Below are positions 55,526-64,000 of a stretch of 64,000 nt of DNA, one piece after another; positions within the stretch are counted from its first letter, which is position 1, and each line of letters begins with the position of its first letter. Source of the stretch: the human T2T-CHM13v2.0 reference genome, Homo sapiens. The translations under genes and the position numbers were made by a program. Below the pieces are notes generated by a model. That model was not told the origin of the DNA. It made no database searches and worked only from the letters and a program-made list of their open reading frames with translations. The DNA is taken from assembly GCF_009914755.1 (NCBI RefSeq), contig NC_060936.1; one strand, 5' to 3'.

Positions 55526-57439
55526 TGATTCTTTGTTAAAATTTTTTTAATAGGTGTATACACTTCAGCAGACACCCCTTGCCCATTTGCCTGTCACTAA
55601 TTTAGATTTACTTATAACGTTTTATTATTAGGTATATGTATCTGTAGTCATGTTTATCTTAGTCTTCAAAGGTTACAACTTGTTAAGCATTTACCTATGC
55701 ATTTCTGTGGCATCCCATTGGCCAGTAACATCTGAGAAAGAATTGGCAAAGGGAGGTGGGCTCCTCAGTAAGTAACCCTTGAGTAGGGAAGGCCTACTGT
55801 GTTTCTTGTTCTAGTACCTGAACCTTTTCCTTTGAATTGACCCCCTCCACAGCAACTCTGATTTCTAGTGGTAGGTAGGCTCAATTACCGCTCTTGTTTG
55901 CTGCTGTGTTGCTTGAAGTTTATTTCTTTAAATAATTAGGTGGAATTTTCTTTCTGACTCCACTTTTATTCAGCATGCTCACTCTTAACATACCACCCAG
56001 CACAACATATTTAACCTTTTGTTGCTCATAACGTAAAACTATGAAATCTGCATATGGAGACCACCCTGGGTTTTAAAATTAAGTGGTCTTTCTGGCAGGT
56101 GGTCTTTGCTTTAACAGTACTCTCTATAGTTTATGCTTCCAACACGCATAGAATGATTCTTTGGGGCCTCATACCTATAATTATGCCAGAGTCAATATAG
56201 TTGGCTCTGAACATCCCCCAAATTAGCTCAAGGATTTTCTGGAGTGATCTTGTATGGAGTGGGGTCCCCACAGTTGAACCCAGGAAACCCGTAGCAAGGT
56301 TGGCCATAGATCAATAGAACCACTGTTGGGCATCACTTCAGTTTGTGGAACAGCTGGAAGCCTGTTGTCTTAGTACCCAGGAGTCTAACAACTCAGAAGG
56401 AACACTTAAAACTTCATGTGGGGTGGTTTTAAGAAAATCATTGCTTATGGAGACAGGCATATGTGAAGCTAGAGCTGGCTAGGCTCTACATTTTTTTCTT
56501 AAAAGTTTTTTTTTTTTTTTTTTTTTTTTAATAGCCTAACGCACTGGGTAAAGGGCCTGCATTCATGTTAGGCAGCTGGTCTCTTAAGGCAGGTTCAAAA
56601 TACATTTCTCTGATGGGAAGTAAATGACATTCTCAGCACCCTTAGCTATTTTGGAAGGTGGTCTTTGGATATAGGTGGTCTCCTTGGCAACTTTATTGTA
56701 CACATTTAATGTATATATTTGATTAATGCTACTTTATTTGCTTATGTGTGCTGCATCTATCTACAAACTTCTAATGAATTAGCTCGCTTTTCTATAGATG
56801 GAGTAAAACTATCTTTCACTAGGGTGTTTAATAGGTGTTTTAAATTCTAAAATATACTGGCTATGTTTTCAACTACAAGCATTCAAATAACTAATGCTTG
56901 TAGTTGGTGCTGGAGAAGGGTTTCCTGGGCAGATGACTGGTTTGGGAAAGTCAGGTACCCAGCTAGAGCATAGGGGTGAGAAATTTCGTAGTCTATCTGG
57001 AAGATTAGGGGCCATCCCATAGGAGAACGCAGGCACAGGGTCTGAAGTCAGATGGAGGAATAAGGTAATTCAAGGCTCTTTTGATCAGACTATCATAGTG
57101 TGGACCAAATTCTGAAGCAAAGTCTTGTTTAACTAGGGTCCAGGGCATGGTCTAGTCCGATGGTATAAGATGACCTTGGCATTCAAATAACTAATAAGCA
57201 GCTACATTAGGTATAGGAAGAATATGGGAATAATGGGTCTGTTCTTGGAATGTTTCTGCCATCTTTCCCATTCTGTTTCACCTTCAATTGAGCAAGACCA
57301 CCTTACTTTTAACCTTCACTGAATTTATCCATTTTCTTTAAATATTAACATTAGAAGAAACTTTGGTTTTATTGGGGGTGGACTGACCAACTGTGCTATG
57401 GCATCTAAACTGTGAATGACTGTGCCTGACATTTGATGT

Positions 57440-58470
57440 AGAGAACAGCCTAGAGGTTCTGATGCCCAGTCTCAGCCCTGAAAATATTGATCTTCTCCCA
57501 TAGTCACCTGGATGCTCCACAGTTTCCACAAACTCAGAATGTCCAAACCTAAGTGCATTGCATTTTACTCCTCCTGAGTTCCGTATCTTAGAAGTATTTC
57601 CTCCTCCTGAATTCCGTATCTTAGAAAACAGAAGCACTGTCCCCTTAAGAATTTAGGAGTTGTTGATGACCCTGCTTTTCCTTATACCTCATTTCCTTCA
57701 GCCAATCAAGTGCTAAAGTCAATTGCTTCTACCTTCCTCCAGTCCCTATTCTCAATTTATTGCCCTTGTTTGGCACTTGTTATCTTCTTGTCTCCAAACT
57801 GGATTGTTTCAATATCCTTCCGTCTCTAGGTTTGATTTTTCCAATCTATTCTCAAAGAGATGCTAGAAGGATCTTTATAAAACCTGGATCTGATTATGTC
57901 TCTCCCTTGCTTAAAACTTTTCAATGACTACTCAGTGTTCTTAAGATGAAAACCCAAACCCTTATCATAGACTACTCTGCAATTTGACCCCAATTTACCT
58001 CTCCAGTCTCATCCCTTTCTGTATTTCTTTTTGTGTACTGTGATGTAGTTGCACTAGACTGTTTGTAATTAATTGAATAAATTGAATACTATTTCATGCA
58101 TCCTGCCTTTTTATGCTCCCCATTAGCCTTCCTCTTTTTTTTTTTTTACCTAGAGAACATCTTGCTTCCCTGGTGAACACCTACACAACTTTCCATGTTT
58201 AGTTCAAGGGTCTCCTTCTTTGTGAAGCTGAAAATTCCTGAAACATTTCCTCACCTTCCTCATCCATCATCTGGTAGAATCACTATTCCCTCCTTTGTAT
58301 TTCACCGCATCAGCTGTCATAGATGCGACGTCATTACTGCTATTCATGTATGTCACTCTATCCCTTTACTAGTCTTTATATTTCTTAAGGGCAAGGATTG
58401 CTTCTTATTCATCTTGCGTACTGCCTGGCACTTAGTAGTGATCAAAGAAATTTGTTGAAAAAAAGTGAAT
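57440..58470 (+). mobile_element. L2 LINE, about 1 kb including the 3' end
   Basis: AAACTCAGAATGTCCAAA, TCTGATTATGTCTCTCCCTTGCTTAAAAC, ends TGCCTGGCACTTAGTAG...ATTTGTTGAA. Confidence 0.8.
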
Positions 58471-59057
58471 AGATTGTGGCATGCCCACTGCGGTCAGGTA
58501 TAAAGTTGATTTGATAACAACTCCTGGGTTAAGATTCTTTCTGCATTTTTATAGTGCTTTCCTTTATATTACCAATATTTTTATATCAAAATGAAAAAAA
58601 ATGGACCGTCCCCCCCCCCCACCGCCTAAGAAAAAACTTTCAGTTTGGTACAAATTTAATGACATCAGAATTTTTTTTTTTAAAGTTCAAATTTAGGGCC
58701 TTAACCAAATACTAGATGTCTTACCACATCCATTTGGAATTTTTATTTGAACCTGGAATGTGTTGGTGCTAAATTATGCTGTGGTTCTGGATATGGTCTT
58801 TATTTTCCATTAAGCACATATACTATATACTGAGATTGAATGTTGTGATAACTTTTTTTTCCAAGTGCATATTAACTTCATTTATTCTTTTGTTATTAAG
58901 GTATGCAATGAGAAGATGAAGATTGAGGTCCACACTAACGTTTTGTAAAAAAATAGATACAGAAATAAATACAATTGAATAATGTATGCATGTTGAGTAA
59001 AATGCCTTAAAGCTTTGTCTCTTCATATAGTTTGCCTTGGATATCAGGATTTTATTT

Positions 59058-59270
59058 GGTTCACGTGATTCTCCTGACTCAGCCCCCCCAAGTAGCTGGG
59101 ATTACAGTTGCCCGCCACCATGCCTGGCTAATTTTTGTATTTTCAGTAGAGATGGGGTTTCACCATATTGGTCAGGCTGGTCTCAAACTCCTGACTTCAG
59201 GTGATCCACCCCTGCCCTCCTCGGCCTCCTAAAGTACTGAAATTACAGGGGTGAGCCACTGCACCTGGCC
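59058..59270 (-). mobile_element. AluS lacking its 3' part and tail
   Basis: Left arm and linker intact; right arm stops abruptly at GGTTCACGTGATTCTCC. Confidence 0.9.
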
Positions 59271-59799
59271 TAAAGCATTTTTTAAACTAAGCTGCTTCCC
59301 CCCATAGTGAGTGCAGCCCTCTCAAAATACCATGAAACTGAGAAATGTAGACCTATTTATTATGAATACCAGGAATTATCAGCAAAGACTCCACCTGCAT
59401 AATTCAAGCAAAGGAAAGAACATTTAAAATTTAGAACTCATTTCATCTCCCAGAGTATAAAGTAATCAGTTATCTTGGGCTTTAGGATTTGTTCATAAAA
59501 CTATTATTTCAATTGAAATGAAGTTGAACAAAAATAGTAGCCTATCATTATAATTATATAAATTGTAGCCATTACAGTAAACAGTTCTCATACATTTAAT
59601 TTGTTTGCATCCCAGAAATTAAATCCTTTCAGCTCTTGAATTCATAGGAAGTTTATTTTTGTTCAAAATGGGTTTGAAAAGATTTTCCACCAGACATCCT
59701 TTTTTTTTTCCTGATTTAGATGATGTTTCTTCTGTGTTTCCCCCTACACTAAAGATCATTATTTTTTGTCCTTTGTCTGCATCTTGAGAAGGCTTATAC

Positions 59800-60300
59800 A
59801 TTGCTGTCTAATGAGGAAATAGCCACAGGGATGGTGATGGCGGTCACACCCTTTTGCCACTGTGGGCTTTCTTCACTCACTGACCAAGTATTTGGGCTGT
59901 GTCTGTAGCACACGTGTTCTGATGGCCTCATTTGGGATAACATTTAAATAAGGTTTGCTATAGCAATGCCCAATTGCACGTGCTCATAATTATTCTGAAT
60001 AACATTTTCCGTTTTAAACCCTCATTTTATGGGGTTTACTACGTGGCCCATAAAATCTCCTTCCAAACTCAGCCTTGGCGTAGTTTTTAGCATAAGCAAA
60101 TTTACCATAGCAATAAATCAAGAGCTCAATTGTCAAACCCACAGGATGAAGAGCAAGCTCATGTTAATCGACAGGGAAAAGCCCCTGTAAGTTTCTGTAA
60201 GGATGGCAGCATAGTTGCTGTTGCCAATTTTGCACACATGCTGCACACAACATCAATGACGGATCCGGATTTGGGATGTCTGAAGATGGGATTTGGAAAA
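59800..60300. promoter_or_regulatory. Candidate developmental enhancer (HOX/PBX/MEIS and E-box motifs)
   Basis: No recognisable repeat; TTTTATGG and CCATAAAA inverted pair, TGATTTAT (minus, 60113-60120), TGACA (minus, 60131-60135), CACGTG twice. Confidence 0.4.
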
Positions 60301-60632
60301 TGAACACATAAGTGATATCCTTAGGGGAGTAAAAGTGGTTAAAGGCTTCTCAGAGAAAAGAATAAGAACGGCACAAATTTAGGGGAGTGTCTCTCCTATG
60401 AATTTGGTGAGGATAGGAGGTTCTCTGAAAAAAAAAAAATATCTTACATAGGACTAGGTTTTTGTGTGATAAAACCTGTTAGGAGTAGCAGCACCTATTT
60501 CCCAGCTCTCCCATCCACTTCTCTGGAGGACATTGGCCAACATCCGCTAAAATAAATAAACATTCCAATTATTTCCAGTTATTTATTTGACAGTGCCATC
60601 CATGGATCCATGGGAGGGAGTATTTTGCACTG

Positions 60633-60858
60633 CAGTGGTTCTCAAAGTGTGGTCCCTGAGCATTTTTTTAAACTAAGCTTCTTCCCTCCATAATGAGTGC
60701 AGCCCTTTCAAAATACCACGAAATAGCATTTGTGTTACCTGGGAACGCATAAGAAATGTGAATTCTTGGGATCCTCTCCAGACCTACTGAATCGGGAATT
60801 GTGAGGCGAGGCCCAGAAATCTTCATTTTTATCAGTGATGCTGATGCCTATCAAAGCT
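60633..60858 (+). mobile_element. MER5A carrying a 65-bp foreign insert
   Basis: CAGTGGTTCTCAAAGTGTGGTCCC...ACCTGGGAA...AGAAATG...CCAGACCTACTGAATC. Confidence 0.88.
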
Positions 60859-60861
60859 TCC

Positions 60862-63262
<2,401 letters not shown>

Positions 63263-63264
63263 AG

Positions 63265-63658
63265 ACATTTTAGACAATATCTTTCCACCACAGAGCATAA
63301 AATAAGCAAAACAAACAAACACACAAACAAAAAACACAATGAGTAATGCATGTGGGTCTTTGCCCCATGTGGGGTATTGTGGGAAATCTGCCATTGGCAT
63401 GTCTAGCCTGCACACATCCAATTTTATTACCCTTTGTGGGCATGCTTTTGTGGGGGAAATCTGGGCATGCATGGGAGGGTCTTTGTCCCCTTGAGGATAC
63501 TGAATAAATTAAGTGTTATGCACCAGCGTTTTGACTGTGATCTGTCACATGAAGCCAGGTGTGGATTTTTCCATTTTTGGTGTCAAGTTGGCTTCAAAAA
63601 GTGTCAGATTTTGAAACATTTTGGAGTTCAGATTTTTGGATTAGGGGTACTCAGTCTG
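63265..63658 (+). mobile_element. Tigger4 (Zombi) family TcMar fragment
   Basis: Terminal CAAAAAGTGTCAGATTTTGAAACATTTTGGAGTTCAGATTTTTGGATTAGGGGTACTCAGTCTG followed by TA. Confidence 0.8.
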
Positions 63659-63789
63659 TACTAACAAATAGAATATCATTACATAATTTGACCACTTGGG
63701 GTTTCTCCTCAGCTGTAAAATCAAGGATTTGAAATAAATAACTTTTCAGGTACTTTTCTGCTGTAAAATTTATACATATAATTTGTGTC

Positions 63790-64000
63790 TGGTGTGTTAA
63801 TTGGCAGGTACTATTTGTTAAATAAATAAAGCAACTTAACTTTTGTTGCATACAAATACTCTAGACTTCTATCTTCCCCTCAACAATTTATGATTTTCTT
63901 ACCTTAATTTACATTTTTTACAGTGTGTGTTCCTTAACATCTTATTATAGCTATAGTTATCACTGACTATTTTGTCTTTTAGTATTCATACTAAGGATTT
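63790..64000 (-). mobile_element. Old L1M fragment
   Basis: CAACTTAACTTTTGTTGCATACAAATACTCTA...TTTACATTTTTTACAGTGTGTGTTCCTTAAC. Confidence 0.5.

Noticed and set aside
56506-56529. Orphan T24 tract (also T19 at 960-978) as a poly(A)-only retroinsertion
   Set aside because: No convincing TSD; simple slippage is sufficient.
63345-63490. Internal repeats GGGTCTTTG..CCCC and GTGGG..AAATCTG
   Set aside because: They lie within the Tigger4-like element and are probably part of its consensus.

Overview
Primate (almost certainly human) non-coding genomic DNA: AT-rich, CpG-depleted and dense in interspersed repeats. It holds about 20 Alu insertions or composites (J, S and Y types), L1 fragments (including a ~2.4 kb L1MA-type 3' end and an isolated ORF2 endonuclease piece), many L2 and MIR relics, MaLR/ERVL/ERV1 solo LTRs, hAT and TcMar DNA transposons, and microsatellites. 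I see no supportable protein-coding gene, RNA gene, CpG island or CRISPR array; the listed ORFs are repeat-derived or chance frames. I cannot name the locus and find no evidence of a new gene system. The most unusual signals are rearrangement scars read directly from the sequence: (i) a 283-bp insertion between perfect 17-bp direct repeats with a perfect 14-bp snap-back hairpin at its left junction (56870-57195); (ii) a ~65-bp copy of unique DNA pasted into a MER5A 1.4 kb from its source; (iii) a tailless internal L1 fragment inside an L2; (iv) two left-right-right Alu trimers; (v) one target site used twice (L1 then Alu). There is also a repeat-free block with a HOX/PBX/MEIS-type motif arrangement (59800-60300) that is a candidate developmental enhancer. 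Repeat subfamily names come from recalled consensus motifs and boundaries of old repeats are approximate; RepeatMasker/Dfam should confirm them.
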